Below, piece by piece: positions 35,485 through 44,991 of a stretch of DNA of 64,000 nt. Source of the DNA: Acidimicrobiales bacterium (lineage in GTDB: Bacteria; Actinomycetota; Acidimicrobiia; Acidimicrobiales; SZUA-35); the NCBI GenBank assembly GCA_041394285.1, contig JAWKIL010000026.1, forward strand, positions 1,763 to 65,762. Reading direction: 5' to 3'. The notes below the pieces were generated by a model. That model saw only the letters and a program-made list of their open reading frames with translations, did not search any database and was not told where the DNA came from. The number at the start of each line of letters is the position of its first letter. Positions within the stretch are counted from its first letter, which is position 1. Position numbers and translations under genes: made by a program.

Positions 35485-36267
35485 TCAGGACGGAGCCTGA
35501 GCCACCAGGAACAGCCGGGAGAACGGCAGGGTCACCACACCCGACGGATCGGGCGGATACGCCTGGCGGTAGCGGGCCTGGACCTCGGCGGCGAAGCGGT
35601 CCCGATCGGGGCCCAGCGCGTCCAGCACCGGGATCAGCAGCGACCCCGTGGTCCACTGCCACACCGGGTCGTCGCCGGTCAACCGCTGGTAGTACGTGGT
35701 CCGCCACAGATCGAGCGACGACGCCGGCGACAGCCAGCCGGCATAGGCCTCAGGGGCGGCCAGCCGGTCGCGCATCAGCGCCGCTCGCGCCGCCTCGGGC
35801 CACTGGCCGCCGCCCGGTGCCGAGGCGTCGAGCACCTCGGCCGGGACCCGGTGGGTGGGGGCGGCCCAGTTGTCGGGCATCTGGACGGCCAGCACCCCGC
35901 CGGGGGCCAACCAGGACCGCAGCCGGCGGAACAGCGTGTCGTGGTGGTCGAGCCAGTGGAGGGCGGCGTTGGAGTAGAGCACGTCCACCGGGCCCTCGGG
36001 CTCCCAGGCGGCGAGGTCAGCCGTGACCCAGGCCAGCTCGGGATGGTCGGCCCGGGCCTTGGCCGCCATGGCGGCGTCGCCGTCGACCCCGGTGACCTCG
36101 GCCTCCGGCCAGCGCTGGGCCAGCAGGGCGGTCAGATGGCCGGTGCCGGCTCCCAGGTCCACCACCCGGCGGGTGAGCCCGGCGACCTCAGGGATCCGGG
36201 CCAGCAGCTCCACCCCCGGACGGGTGCGGTGGTCGGCGAAGCGGAGGTAGTGCTCGGGATCCCACAT
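35485..36267 (-). CDS. tam: Trans-aconitate 2-methyltransferase-like SAM-dependent methyltransferase
   Basis: 260 aa: MWDPEHYLRFADHRTRPGVELLARI, SAM motif VVDLGAGTGHLT, and YSNAALHWL. Confidence 0.8.
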   Translation of the reverse strand: MWDPEHYLRFADHRTRPGVELLARIPEVAGLTRRVVDLGAGTGHLTALLAQRWPEAEVTGVDGDAAMAAKARADHPELAWVTADLAAWEPEGPVDVLYSNAALHWLDHHDTLFRRLRSWLAPGGVLAVQMPDNWAAPTHRVPAEVLDASAPGGGQWPEAARAALMRDRLAAPEAYAGWLSPASSLDLWRTTYYQRLTGDDPVWQWTTGSLLIPVLDALGPDRDRFAAEVQARYRQAYPPDPSGVVTLPFSRLFLVAQAPS

Positions 36268-36288
36268 GGCGCTGCGGTGCCCCTCGGT

Positions 36289-36963
36289 TCAGTGCTGGGC
36301 GACGAGGATGCGCTCGGCGGTGAAGGCGCTGATGCCCACCACCTGCCCCTCGATCTCCACCGTGGTGGTGCCGTCGGGCGAGCTCGTGATGACCCTGGCC
36401 ACCGCTCCCGGCTGCAGCCGGTTGGCCTCCAGGAACTCGAGCAGGCCGGGGGTGAACTCCAGCTCCTCGGGGATCCGCTTGACCGTGGCGTCGGCCCCGA
36501 TCGGCAGGTGGGACAGCGACACCAACGGCTGGGCCTCGGTGTAGGTGGACCCCGGGATCGGGTTCCCGTGGGGGCAGGTGGTGGGGTTGTCGAGCACGGA
36601 CTGGAGGGCCGACTCCACCACCGGGCTGATCACGTGTTCCCACTTGCCGGCCTCGTGGTGGGCCTCGGCCCACGACAGGCCGAGCATGTCGGTGAGGAAC
36701 CGCTCGGCCAGCCGGTGGCGGCGGACCATGGTGTTGGCCAGCGCCAGACCGGTCTCGGTCAGCTCGATCGTGCCCCCCTGCAGGTGCACCAGGTCGGCCT
36801 CGACCATGCGATGGATCATCTCCGACACCGCCGGGCGGGACACTTCGAGCCGATCGGCGATGCGGGCCTGGATCACCTTGTGGCCGTCCTCGGCCAACTC
36901 GAAGATCGTCTCGCAGTACTCCTCGAAGGCGGGGTGGTGTTCCCGGGAGGTGTACTCGGCCAT
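36289..36963 (-). CDS. DtxR/IdeR/MntR family metal-dependent transcriptional regulator with a C-terminal SH3-like (FeoA) domain
   Basis: 224 aa with a winged HTH (ARIADRLEVSRPAVSEMIHRM), the dimerisation/metal region RRHRLAERFLTDMLGLSWAEAHHEAGKWEHV, and NPTTCPHGNPIPG. Confidence 0.9.
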   Translation of the reverse strand: MAEYTSREHHPAFEEYCETIFELAEDGHKVIQARIADRLEVSRPAVSEMIHRMVEADLVHLQGGTIELTETGLALANTMVRRHRLAERFLTDMLGLSWAEAHHEAGKWEHVISPVVESALQSVLDNPTTCPHGNPIPGSTYTEAQPLVSLSHLPIGADATVKRIPEELEFTPGLLEFLEANRLQPGAVARVITSSPDGTTTVEIEGQVVGISAFTAERILVAQH

Positions 36964-37019
36964 TAGGGCAGCATAACATCGCCGGGCGCCCCACGGCGGG
37001 CCCCAGCTACGATCCCCGG

Positions 37020-37418
37020 ATGTCCAATCGTTTCATCAAGCCGGAGGGGTTGTCGAACAACCCGGCCTACACCCATGTCGTCGCCGCCACCGGCGGTACC
37101 ACCGTCTACATCTCGGGGCAGGTGGCGGTCGACGCCTCCGGCGCCGTGGTCGGGGTCGGCGACCTGGAAGCCCAGACCCGCCAGGTGATGGAGAACCTGC
37201 AGGTGGCGCTGGCCGCCGCTGGCGCCACCTTCGACGACGTGGTGAAGATCACCACCTACGTGGTGGGCTACGAGCCCTCCATGCGGGCCGTGATCGCCGG
37301 GGTCCGGGGCTCATACCTGTCGGGCGACAACCCGCCGGCCAGCACGCTGGTGGGGGTCCAGGCCCTGGCCGGGCCGGAATGGTTGATCGAGATCGAGGCC
37401 GTCGCCGTCCTCAGCTGA
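37020..37418 (+). CDS. RidA (YjgF/TdcF/L-PSP) family protein
   Basis: 132 aa with YISGQVAVDASG and a LIEIEAVAVL ending, typical of RidA. Confidence 0.85.
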   Translation: MSNRFIKPEGLSNNPAYTHVVAATGGTTVYISGQVAVDASGAVVGVGDLEAQTRQVMENLQVALAAAGATFDDVVKITTYVVGYEPSMRAVIAGVRGSYLSGDNPPASTLVGVQALAGPEWLIEIEAVAVLS

Positions 37419-37927
37419 CACCCGCCCGGAGGCGGTGGGGGCGGCGAGCACCCTGAGTGCTGGCCGTAGGCCTGGGCCGGTGGGGAGGGGGCCCCAACGG
37501 CGGTGGGGGGCCGCCGGAGGCGGCGGGGGCGGCCGGAGGCGGCGGGGGCGGCGAGCCCCCCGGGTGCCGGCGTCCCCCTATATGACACTCACGCGACGAG
37601 GGGGATCCCCGATCTCAAACGCCTCCCGGTGGATGACGATGGAATCACGGCCAAGGGGGCCGGCGAGGAGGACTCAGCAATGCGACAGATCCAGTTTCTG
37701 GCGGCGATGATCGGACTGACCAGCGTGGGCTTCATGGCTCTGGCCTTCGCTCCGGTGTTCGCCTAGCTGTCTCGGGGGCTGCGCCCCCGGCGGCGGCCAG
37801 CGGCCGCCTCCCCATCTCGGCTCCCCCTCGGGGAGTAGGTGGGGCCCCACCCACCGGCGTCGACGCCTTCGGCGTCAACTGACCATAAGCAGGGCGGCGT
37901 TGAGGATGTGATCGGCGGAGATGCCGG

Positions 37928-40249
37928 TCAGGGCGTGGAGATCGGCGATGGTGCCGGACTCGCCGAAGCGGTCGACCCCCAGCGGGAGCTGGCGGGTCCC
38001 GAGGCCGAACCCAGCCAGGCCAGCGAGTGGCTGGCGGCATCGTGCACGCTCACCACCGGCCGGCCCCGCTCAGCCGGTGGCACCAGGGCGTCGAGATGGG
38101 TGGCCGGGATGGCGGCCAACCCGCCCTCGATGGCCCGGCGCCGGGCCGCCTGCCAGGCCCGGAACACCCGGTCGGAGCTGGACAGATGGACCACGGTGGC
38201 GTCGACCCCCTCGGTGTCGAGGGCATCGGCCGCCGCCACCGCCTCCACCACCGTCACCCCGGTGGTCACGATCGTGATCCCCGGTCGGCCCGACGGCGGA
38301 CGCTCCACCAGCCGGTAGCCACCGGCCAGCACCTGGGCCCGCAGCCGGTCGGGGCCGAGCCGCTCCGCCACCGGGGCCAGCAGCCCCTGGTCGATCGGGC
38401 GGGTGCTGAGCCGCAGGTAGCACGACTCGCCGTCGGGCGCTCCCAGGCGGGCCAGGGCGTCGCACAGCAGCCAGTCCACCTCCGCTGCGAACGCCGGCTC
38501 GGCGTAGTTGATGCCGGGCAGCTCGGCCCCCACCGAGGGGGTGATCGTCGACTGGTGGGCCCCGCCCTCGGGGGCCAGCGTCACCCCCGACGGGGTTCCG
38601 GCCACCACGAACCGACTGCCGTTGTAGAGGCCGTAGATCAGGGCGTCGAGGCCCCGCAGCACGAACGGGTCGTACACCGTGCCCACCGGCAGCAGATGCT
38701 GGCCGTGGTGCTCGTGGCTCAGCCCGAGCTGGCCCAGCAGCATGAACAGGTTCATCTCCGAGATCCCGAGCTCGATGTGCTGGCCGGTGGGGGAGGGGGC
38801 CCACTTGAGCAGCCGCTCGGCCCCGCCGTGGTCGTCACGGGTGGTGGGCCAGAAGACCCCGGTCTTGTTTATCCAGCCTCCCAGGTTGGTGGAGATCGAC
38901 ACGTCGGGGGCGGTGGTGACGATCCGCTCGGCCAGGCCGGGCACATCGCCGAGGCGGGTCAGCACCCGGCCGAACGCCTCCTGCGTCGACACCTGGCCCG
39001 ACGTGGCGACGGGGCCGGCGGCGGCCGGCACCGGGAGCGCGGGCCGGGGCGCCGGGGGGAGGTTGTTGATGTCGGCCCCCACAGCGGCGCACAGCCGGCC
39101 GGCGGGGGAGTCGGGATCGAAGCGGTCCCACTCGGTGGACGGGGTGAGGCCCACCCGCTCCCGGAAGGCATCGATCTGGTCCGGGGTGAGCAGGGCGGCG
39201 TGGTTGAGCGGGTCGCCGGCGATGGGCAGGCCCCAGCCCTTGATGGTGTAGGCGAACACGGCGCTGGGTCGGTCGGTGTGCTCGTCGCACGATCGGAGGG
39301 TGCTCACCAGGAGCCCGAGATCGTGGCCTCCCAGATCGGTGACGATGGCCTTCAGCTCCTCGTCGTTGTGGTTGGAGGCCCAGTCCCGCACCGCGGTGTC
39401 GGCCCCCTGCAGCAGCTTGTGGCGCACGGCCGGGCCGGTGAGGGCGAACAGCGACTGGTAGGCCTCGTTGGGCATGGCGTCGATGTGGGCCCGCAGGGCG
39501 TCGCCCCCCGGCTCGGCGAAGGCGGTGGTCAGCCGGGACCCGTACTTGGCCACGGCCACGTGCCATCCGGCGTCGCCGAAGAACTGCATGAGCCGGGTGG
39601 CCTGGATGTCGGGGATCACCCGGTCGAGGCTCTGGCGGTTGAGGTCGATGACCATGGTGAAGTTGCCGAGGTCGGCCGTGGTGGGGTCGCTGATCGCCTC
39701 CCACACGTTGCCCTCGTCCAGCTCGGCGTCGCCCACGGTGGCGATGAACCGGGCCGAGGGCAGGGGCCCGAAGTGACGGTCCACGTACCGGCGGGTGGCG
39801 GCCGAGAACAGGGGGGCGACGGCCCCCAACCCCACCGACCCGGTGGAGAAGTCGGCCACGTCGGGGTCCTTGGTGCGCGACGGGTAGGCCTGGAGCCCGC
39901 CCCGCTGGCGCAGGGTGGTGAGGTAGGAGCGGTGGAGCTCGCCGGTGAGGTACTTGATGGCGTGGTAGACGGGGGAGGCGTGGGGCTTCACCGCCACCTT
40001 GTCCTCGCCGTTGATGTGGGCGAACCACAGGGCGGTCATGATCGACACCATCGAGGCCGACGACGCCTGGTGCCCGCCCACCTTGATCGGCCCCGGCGCC
40101 CGCCGGTTGGCCACGTCGACGATGCGGGTGGCCAGCCACAGCACCCGCTGCTCCACCTGCTTCAGCACGTCGAGCCCGGCCGGATCGAGGTCGACCGGGC
40201 GGACGGGTGGCCCCGGCCGGGGACGGTCGCCGTCAGAAGAGGTCTTCAC
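37928..40249 (-). CDS. Homodimeric E1-type 2-oxoacid dehydrogenase / transketolase-like thiamine-diphosphate enzyme (AceE-like). It has an apparent frameshift near 38,000, and the true stop is probably at 37875
   Basis: 773 aa with GHQASSASMVSIMTALWF, GSVGLGAVAPLF and a GDAELDEGNVWE (ThDP-binding-like) segment. The conserved C-terminus LPLGVDRFGESGTIADLHALTGISADHILNAALLMVS is encoded in another frame. Confidence 0.8.
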   Translation of the reverse strand: MKTSSDGDRPRPGPPVRPVDLDPAGLDVLKQVEQRVLWLATRIVDVANRRAPGPIKVGGHQASSASMVSIMTALWFAHINGEDKVAVKPHASPVYHAIKYLTGELHRSYLTTLRQRGGLQAYPSRTKDPDVADFSTGSVGLGAVAPLFSAATRRYVDRHFGPLPSARFIATVGDAELDEGNVWEAISDPTTADLGNFTMVIDLNRQSLDRVIPDIQATRLMQFFGDAGWHVAVAKYGSRLTTAFAEPGGDALRAHIDAMPNEAYQSLFALTGPAVRHKLLQGADTAVRDWASNHNDEELKAIVTDLGGHDLGLLVSTLRSCDEHTDRPSAVFAYTIKGWGLPIAGDPLNHAALLTPDQIDAFRERVGLTPSTEWDRFDPDSPAGRLCAAVGADINNLPPAPRPALPVPAAAGPVATSGQVSTQEAFGRVLTRLGDVPGLAERIVTTAPDVSISTNLGGWINKTGVFWPTTRDDHGGAERLLKWAPSPTGQHIELGISEMNLFMLLGQLGLSHEHHGQHLLPVGTVYDPFVLRGLDALIYGLYNGSRFVVAGTPSGVTLAPEGGAHQSTITPSVGAELPGINYAEPAFAAEVDWLLCDALARLGAPDGESCYLRLSTRPIDQGLLAPVAERLGPDRLRAQVLAGGYRLVERPPSGRPGITIVTTGVTVVEAVAAADALDTEGVDATVVHLSSSDRVFRAWQAARRRAIEGGLAAIPATHLDALVPPAERGRPVVSVHDAASHSLAWLGSASGPASSRWGSTASASPAPSPISTP

Positions 40250-41045
40250 GTCGGCAGTTCACCACGATCTCGGGCACCGAGAGGTGATCGGGCAGGCACA
40301 GGGCCATGCTCACCAGCTCGGCCACGTCGGCCGGTTGCACGATGGGCTCGGGCCCGGGGTCGACGTCGGCGATCATCGTGGTGTCCACGAAGCTGGGGCA
40401 CAGGGCGACGGCCCGCACCCCGTGGTCCCAGCCGGCCTGGCGGGTGGCGTGGGTGAGGGCCAACAGCGCGTGCTTGGTCATGGCGTAGCCGGGGGCGAAG
40501 CCGTTGCGGACGCGCTTGGCCGACAGCGACGCCAGGTTGACCACCCGGCCGTGACCCGACCGGCACAGGTGGGGCCAGGCCAGCGAGGTGAGGCGGGCCG
40601 GAGCCTTCACGTTGACCGCCCACATGGTGTCCAGGGACTCCTCGTCGAAGGCGTCGACGGCGAAGGGGGCCAGCACGCCGGCGTTGTTGACCAGGGCGTC
40701 GATCCCGCCGAAGTGCTCCGCCGTGGCCGTCACCCAGGCCTCGGCGCTGGCCGGGTCGTGGGCGTCGAAGTGGTGGTGGAGCACGGTCCCATGCGGCCAG
40801 GAGGGGGTCAGCCCGGCCAGCTGCTCGGGCCGGCGGGCACCCAGGCTGAGGCGGAAACCGTCGGCCCGCAACCGCTCGGCCACCGCCCGGCCGATGCCCC
40901 GGGCCGCCCCGGACACCATCACCACCCTGTCGTCGGCCGCCAGCATGGTCCGGATCGTAGCCCCACCCTCCACACTGGTCGCCATGCCGTCGGAGCGTTC
41001 GTCGCCGTCATCGCCCACCTCGGATCCGGTGTCCCCGGCCATCAC
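40233..41045 (-). CDS. Short-chain dehydrogenase/reductase (SDR)
   Basis: VVMVSGAARGIGRAVAERL (TGxxxGIG-type) and the active-site YAMTKHA. The real start may be the internal ATG at 40946 (MLAADDRVV). Confidence 0.85.
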   Translation of the reverse strand: MMAGDTGSEVGDDGDERSDGMATSVEGGATIRTMLAADDRVVMVSGAARGIGRAVAERLRADGFRLSLGARRPEQLAGLTPSWPHGTVLHHHFDAHDPASAEAWVTATAEHFGGIDALVNNAGVLAPFAVDAFDEESLDTMWAVNVKAPARLTSLAWPHLCRSGHGRVVNLASLSAKRVRNGFAPGYAMTKHALLALTHATRQAGWDHGVRAVALCPSFVDTTMIADVDPGPEPIVQPADVAELVSMALCLPDHLSVPEIVVNCRREDLF

Positions 41046-41118
41046 CGGTGATCGCCCGGGGCATCAGATCGAGACCGGTCGATCCGGCTCGCCGCTGTCG
41101 GCGGGCTCGGCGGCCGAG

Positions 41119-42183
41119 GTGGCGCTGGCCGAGGTGGTGGGATCGATCGGCGGGCTGAACGGGGCGGCGGCGGAGGCGGCCCGGGAGCGGGACGCCCGCC
41201 TCACCAAGCCGCCGGGCTCGCTGGGCCGCATCGAGTCGCTCGCCGTCCAGCTGGCCGCCATCGCCGGCGGCAGCCCGGCCCCGAGCCCCGAGCCGGCCGT
41301 GGTGGTGGTGTTCGCCGCCGACCACGGCGTCCACGCCGAGGGGGTCAGCCCCTGGCCCCAGGCGGTCACGGCCCAGATGGTGACCGGCATCTGCCGGGGT
41401 GGGGCCGCCATCAGCGTGATCACGAGGGCCAACGGCCTGGGGGTGCAGGTGGTCAACGCCGGGGTGGCAGTGCCCCTCGATGACCACGAGCTGCTCGTGA
41501 ACCGGCCGGTGCGGGCGGGGTCCCGGAACCTGCGACGGGAGGCCGCGCTGACCCGGGCCGAGGCCGCCACCGCCGCGCTGCTCGGGGTGGAGGTGGGGAC
41601 CCGCCTGGTGGATGAGCGGGGCGCCCGATGCCTGCTCACCGGCGACATGGGCATCGCCAACACCACCCCGTCGGCGGCGGTGGTGGCCGCCATCACCGGG
41701 TTGGCGCCGGCCGACGTGACCGGCCGGGGCACCGGGATCGACGACGCCACCCTGGCGGCCAAGACCCAGGTGGTGGCCGACGCCCTGGCCCGTCTGGCCG
41801 GCCGGCCTCCCCTGGAGCCCCTCGATCCCCTCGGCGTGCTGGCCGAGGTGGGGGGACTGGAGATCGCCGGGCTCGCCGGCCTGTGCCTGGCCGGGGCGGC
41901 GGCTCGGGTGCCGGTGGTGGTCGACGGGGTGATCGCCCTGGCCGGGGCGCTGGTGGCCTGCGCTCTGCAGCCGGCGGTGGCGGGATACCTGATCGCCGGC
42001 CACCGCTCGGTGGAGCCGGCCGCCGGCCGGGCCCTCGACCACCTGGGCCTCGCCCCCCTGCTCGACCTCGACCTCCGCCTGGGTGAGGGCACCGGGGCAG
42101 CCCTGGCCTACCCCCTCGTGCGGGCCGCCGCCCTCGTCGCGGCCGAGATGGCCACCTTCGACGACCTCGGCATCGACGCCTGA
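41119..42183 (+). CDS. cobT: Nicotinate-nucleotide--dimethylbenzimidazole phosphoribosyltransferase
   Basis: LTKPPGSLGRIESLAVQLA, FAADHGV, GDMGIANTT and LRLGEGTGAALA motifs. The GTG start at 41119 is inferred from the usual spacing to LTKPPGSLG and is uncertain. Confidence 0.85.
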   Translation: MALAEVVGSIGGLNGAAAEAARERDARLTKPPGSLGRIESLAVQLAAIAGGSPAPSPEPAVVVVFAADHGVHAEGVSPWPQAVTAQMVTGICRGGAAISVITRANGLGVQVVNAGVAVPLDDHELLVNRPVRAGSRNLRREAALTRAEAATAALLGVEVGTRLVDERGARCLLTGDMGIANTTPSAAVVAAITGLAPADVTGRGTGIDDATLAAKTQVVADALARLAGRPPLEPLDPLGVLAEVGGLEIAGLAGLCLAGAAARVPVVVDGVIALAGALVACALQPAVAGYLIAGHRSVEPAAGRALDHLGLAPLLDLDLRLGEGTGAALAYPLVRAAALVAAEMATFDDLGIDA

Positions 42184-42281
42184 CCTGATCCGTCGCCCGG
42201 CCCGCCTGTCGCCGTCACCCTGGCCGCCTCTCGCCGTCACCCTGGCCGCCTCGCGCCCGGCGATCGCCCTGCCCTGCGCCC

Positions 42282-42390
42282 TATCTGCGCGACGAAAACC
42301 GCGCTCCGCCGGCGTTCCGCGTCGCGAAACCTCCGATGGTCGTCGAAAACGTCGCGCAGATCGGCGGCGGGGCGCGGTTCTCGTCGCGCC
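42282..42390. repeat. Nested inverted repeats downstream of cobT
   Basis: Perfect 11-nt arms atctgcgcgac (42283) and gtcgcgcagat (42351). tctgcgcgacgaaaaccgcgc is matched by gcgcggttctcgtcgcgc (42372-42389). Additional cgcgaaa/cgaaaacg sub-repeats are present. Confidence 0.7.
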
Positions 42391-42440
42391 GTTGGCGGGG
42401 TCGAGCGGGAGGGGAGCGCCCGGCGTGGGGGAGCCGGTGG

Positions 42441-43718
42441 TCAGCGGACGATGGGTTCTCCGGTGTCGACGACCTCGAACATGGAGCCGTTGAGCTTGTG
42501 GAGGTCGGACAGAGCCTGGTCGTTCCAGCGGGGATCGGGGGCACCGCTCAGCATCCAGTCGCTGCCGTTGTCGGCCAGGTACATGCCGTAGGTCTTGAGG
42601 GCGGCGCAGATCACCTGGGCCTCGGCGCTGAACGAGCTGCAGTCGGCGCTGGCCTTGAGCCGGAACCGGGCCCCCATCGGCGGCACCCCGGCGTCGGTGA
42701 TCGAGCTGGCGTAGTGGGTGGCGGGCTTGATGTAGGCCCGCTGGGTGCGGGCGGCGGTGAAGCGCAGGGCGTGGTCGATGTGGCCCTGCACCACCACCTC
42801 GTCGTACGTGGCGAGCCCGGCGAAGATCGGCAGGCCGGCGGCGTCGGCCGAGGTCCAGCTGGCGGGACGCAGCCCGTTCGACCCCAGGTCGAAGACGGCA
42901 CCCGAGCCGGCGTGCCAGCTGGACCCGCCGTCACTGGTGGACGCGTTGAACAGCTCGTAGAGCTTGCAGTTGGCGTCGTCGACCACCAGCAGGTGCCGGT
43001 CGCTGCCGTCCTCCACCGGCGCGTTGGCCGGGATGGGATAGGGGCCGGGCTCGCTCTCGCCTGCGTAGTCGAAGCTCACCGGCACCCGGGGTTGGGAGCC
43101 GTTCACCACCACGTAGGGGATGCCGATGCCCTTGCCTTCCCACACGGTGCCGAAGTCGGGGTGGACCCGGCCACTGCCCAGGCTGGACACCCAGGCCGCC
43201 GACTGGGCGTGCACCGGCAGGCTGCGGACGTCGCGGTTCCACCAGTTGTCGGCCGGGAAGACCTGGCAGCGGACGGGGCCACCGCCGTTGAAGGCGTCGT
43301 TGGGGTCGCCGGGCTGGGCCTTCACACCGGGCGCCGCCGGGGCCGCCACCGGCTTGACCGTGGCCGACGGCGCCGGGCCGGTGCCCCCACCGTTGGCCGG
43401 GGCGGCCTTGGCCGTGGGGGCGGGCTGGGCGGCGGCCGGGGCCGGAGCGGCGGTGACCGGGGTGGAGCCGCTGGCCGGAGCGCCGCCCGGGGGGAGCGTG
43501 GGGGGCAGCACCGAGTCGGCAGCGGCCGTGGTGGTGACGGTGGTCAGAGGTGCAGCGGTGGTGCTGGCGGGGTCGGTGACCGGGGGGAGCGAGGCGTCGG
43601 TGAGCAGGTTGTCGCCGGCGTGGGCGGTGTCGGGCCCGCTGCTGCACGCCGCCGCCAGGAGGGCGAAAGCCAGCCCGGCCAGCAGAGCTCGGATGCCGCC
43701 GGGGGATGGGGACGTCAC
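42441..43718 (-). CDS. Conserved secreted lipoprotein of unknown function (Pro/Ala/Thr-rich linker plus globular domain)
   Basis: The GTG start (VTSPSPGGIRALLAGLAFALLAAACSS) carries a lipobox and has AGGAGA 8 nt upstream. I recall the globular part (FPADNWWNRDV, HPDFG, DRHLLVVD, CKLYELF, IDHALRF, YGMYLADNGS) as a widespread actinobacterial hypothetical family. Confidence 0.7.
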   Translation of the reverse strand: MTSPSPGGIRALLAGLAFALLAAACSSGPDTAHAGDNLLTDASLPPVTDPASTTAAPLTTVTTTAAADSVLPPTLPPGGAPASGSTPVTAAPAPAAAQPAPTAKAAPANGGGTGPAPSATVKPVAAPAAPGVKAQPGDPNDAFNGGGPVRCQVFPADNWWNRDVRSLPVHAQSAAWVSSLGSGRVHPDFGTVWEGKGIGIPYVVVNGSQPRVPVSFDYAGESEPGPYPIPANAPVEDGSDRHLLVVDDANCKLYELFNASTSDGGSSWHAGSGAVFDLGSNGLRPASWTSADAAGLPIFAGLATYDEVVVQGHIDHALRFTAARTQRAYIKPATHYASSITDAGVPPMGARFRLKASADCSSFSAEAQVICAALKTYGMYLADNGSDWMLSGAPDPRWNDQALSDLHKLNGSMFEVVDTGEPIVR

Positions 43719-43875
43719 GGACACGTTCTCCTGGTCGAACCTCGGGCCCCTCGTCCGGCCCCAGCCTAGCGTCGGCATATCAGGCCTTCGATCTGTAGGC
43801 CCCGCCGCCCACGGCTGAGGCGCCGGAACGGCAGCCCGCCGCGAGCGGTTCGCCCCAGCAATGTCGCGCCCTGGC

Positions 43876-44913
43876 TCAGGATCGGGTGGTGATGCCGGCT
43901 TCCTCCACCCGGCCGTCGGCATGGCGGGCGAAGCGGCCCCGGTCGGCCGGGTGGACGGGGGCGTCGCTGGGCCAGGGCCAGCCGCCGAACTGGGTGCGGC
44001 GGTAGTCGGTGAACGCCTGGCGGATCTCGTCTTCGGTGCTCATCACGAAGGGGCCGTACTGGGCCACCGGCTCGGCGATCGGTCGACCCTGGAGCACCAG
44101 CAGCTCCACCGGTTCGGCCCCGGACACCAGCTCGGTGGCGGCCGAGGCATCGACGGTTGCCGCCGACGAGGAACCGAACGTCACGCCGCCGGCGGTGAGC
44201 CCGGCCCCCTCGAAGACGTACAGGGCCCGCACGGTTCCCTCCCCGGTGGCCGGCGGCAGGGTGCACCGGGCACCGGGGTCGAGCACGACGTGCCAGATGG
44301 CTACGTCGGCCTCGGGCCGGGAGGCCCACGACGACGGGGGCGGCGGAGGCGGCGTCAGGTCGCCGAACCGACCGGCGATCACGGTCACGGTGGCCGTGCG
44401 GCCCTCGCCATCGGTCTGATCCACCCGGGGGATGTCCTCGCTCCACAGCATGGAGAAGTGGGGACTGACCATCTTGTCGGCCGCCGGCAGGTTCATCCAG
44501 ATCTGGAACAGCTCGACGTGGTTGGGGCCGTCCTCGTCGAGCAGGGGGAACATCTCGGAGTGGACGATGCCGCCCCCGGCCGTCATCCACTGGACGTCGC
44601 CCCGGCCGAACCGGGCCGCCGCCCCCAGCGAGTCGCTGTGGTCGATGTAACCGTTGCGGGCGAAGGTGATCGTCTCGAACCCCCGGTGGGGGTGCTGGGG
44701 AAAGCCGGGTACCACCAGCCCGTGGTACATGTTCCACCCGTCGAGACCGGCGAAGTCCTGCCCCAGCTGGCGGCCGGCCAGGGAGGCGGCAGGCGCCATC
44801 CGGCCGTCGCCGGCGGGATAGCGGTCGTCGTGGTGGACACAGAACAGGAACGGGTCCACGGTGGGCCATGGCGAGGGGCTGGGCGGCAGCTGGACCGGCT
44901 CGGTTTCGCTCAT
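43876..44913 (-). CDS. Pirin family protein
   Basis: 345 aa with HPHRGFETITF and QWMTAGGGIVHSE motifs. Confidence 0.9.
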   Translation of the reverse strand: MSETEPVQLPPSPSPWPTVDPFLFCVHHDDRYPAGDGRMAPAASLAGRQLGQDFAGLDGWNMYHGLVVPGFPQHPHRGFETITFARNGYIDHSDSLGAAARFGRGDVQWMTAGGGIVHSEMFPLLDEDGPNHVELFQIWMNLPAADKMVSPHFSMLWSEDIPRVDQTDGEGRTATVTVIAGRFGDLTPPPPPPSSWASRPEADVAIWHVVLDPGARCTLPPATGEGTVRALYVFEGAGLTAGGVTFGSSSAATVDASAATELVSGAEPVELLVLQGRPIAEPVAQYGPFVMSTEDEIRQAFTDYRRTQFGGWPWPSDAPVHPADRGRFARHADGRVEEAGITTRS

Positions 44914-44991
44914 TCTTTAACTATAGGGTCGGGCCACGGTGTCGAATGGTGGTGACGTTTGTCCTACCCTGGGGACCAGGTGGCTACTGAC

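Noticed and set aside
36961-36982. IdeR/DtxR iron box overlapping the regulator's own start (ttagggcagcataacatc)
   Set aside because: Only about 12 of 19 positions match the TTAGGTTAGGCTAACCTAA consensus as I recall it, and the dyad symmetry is poor. That is too weak to call without a scoring matrix.
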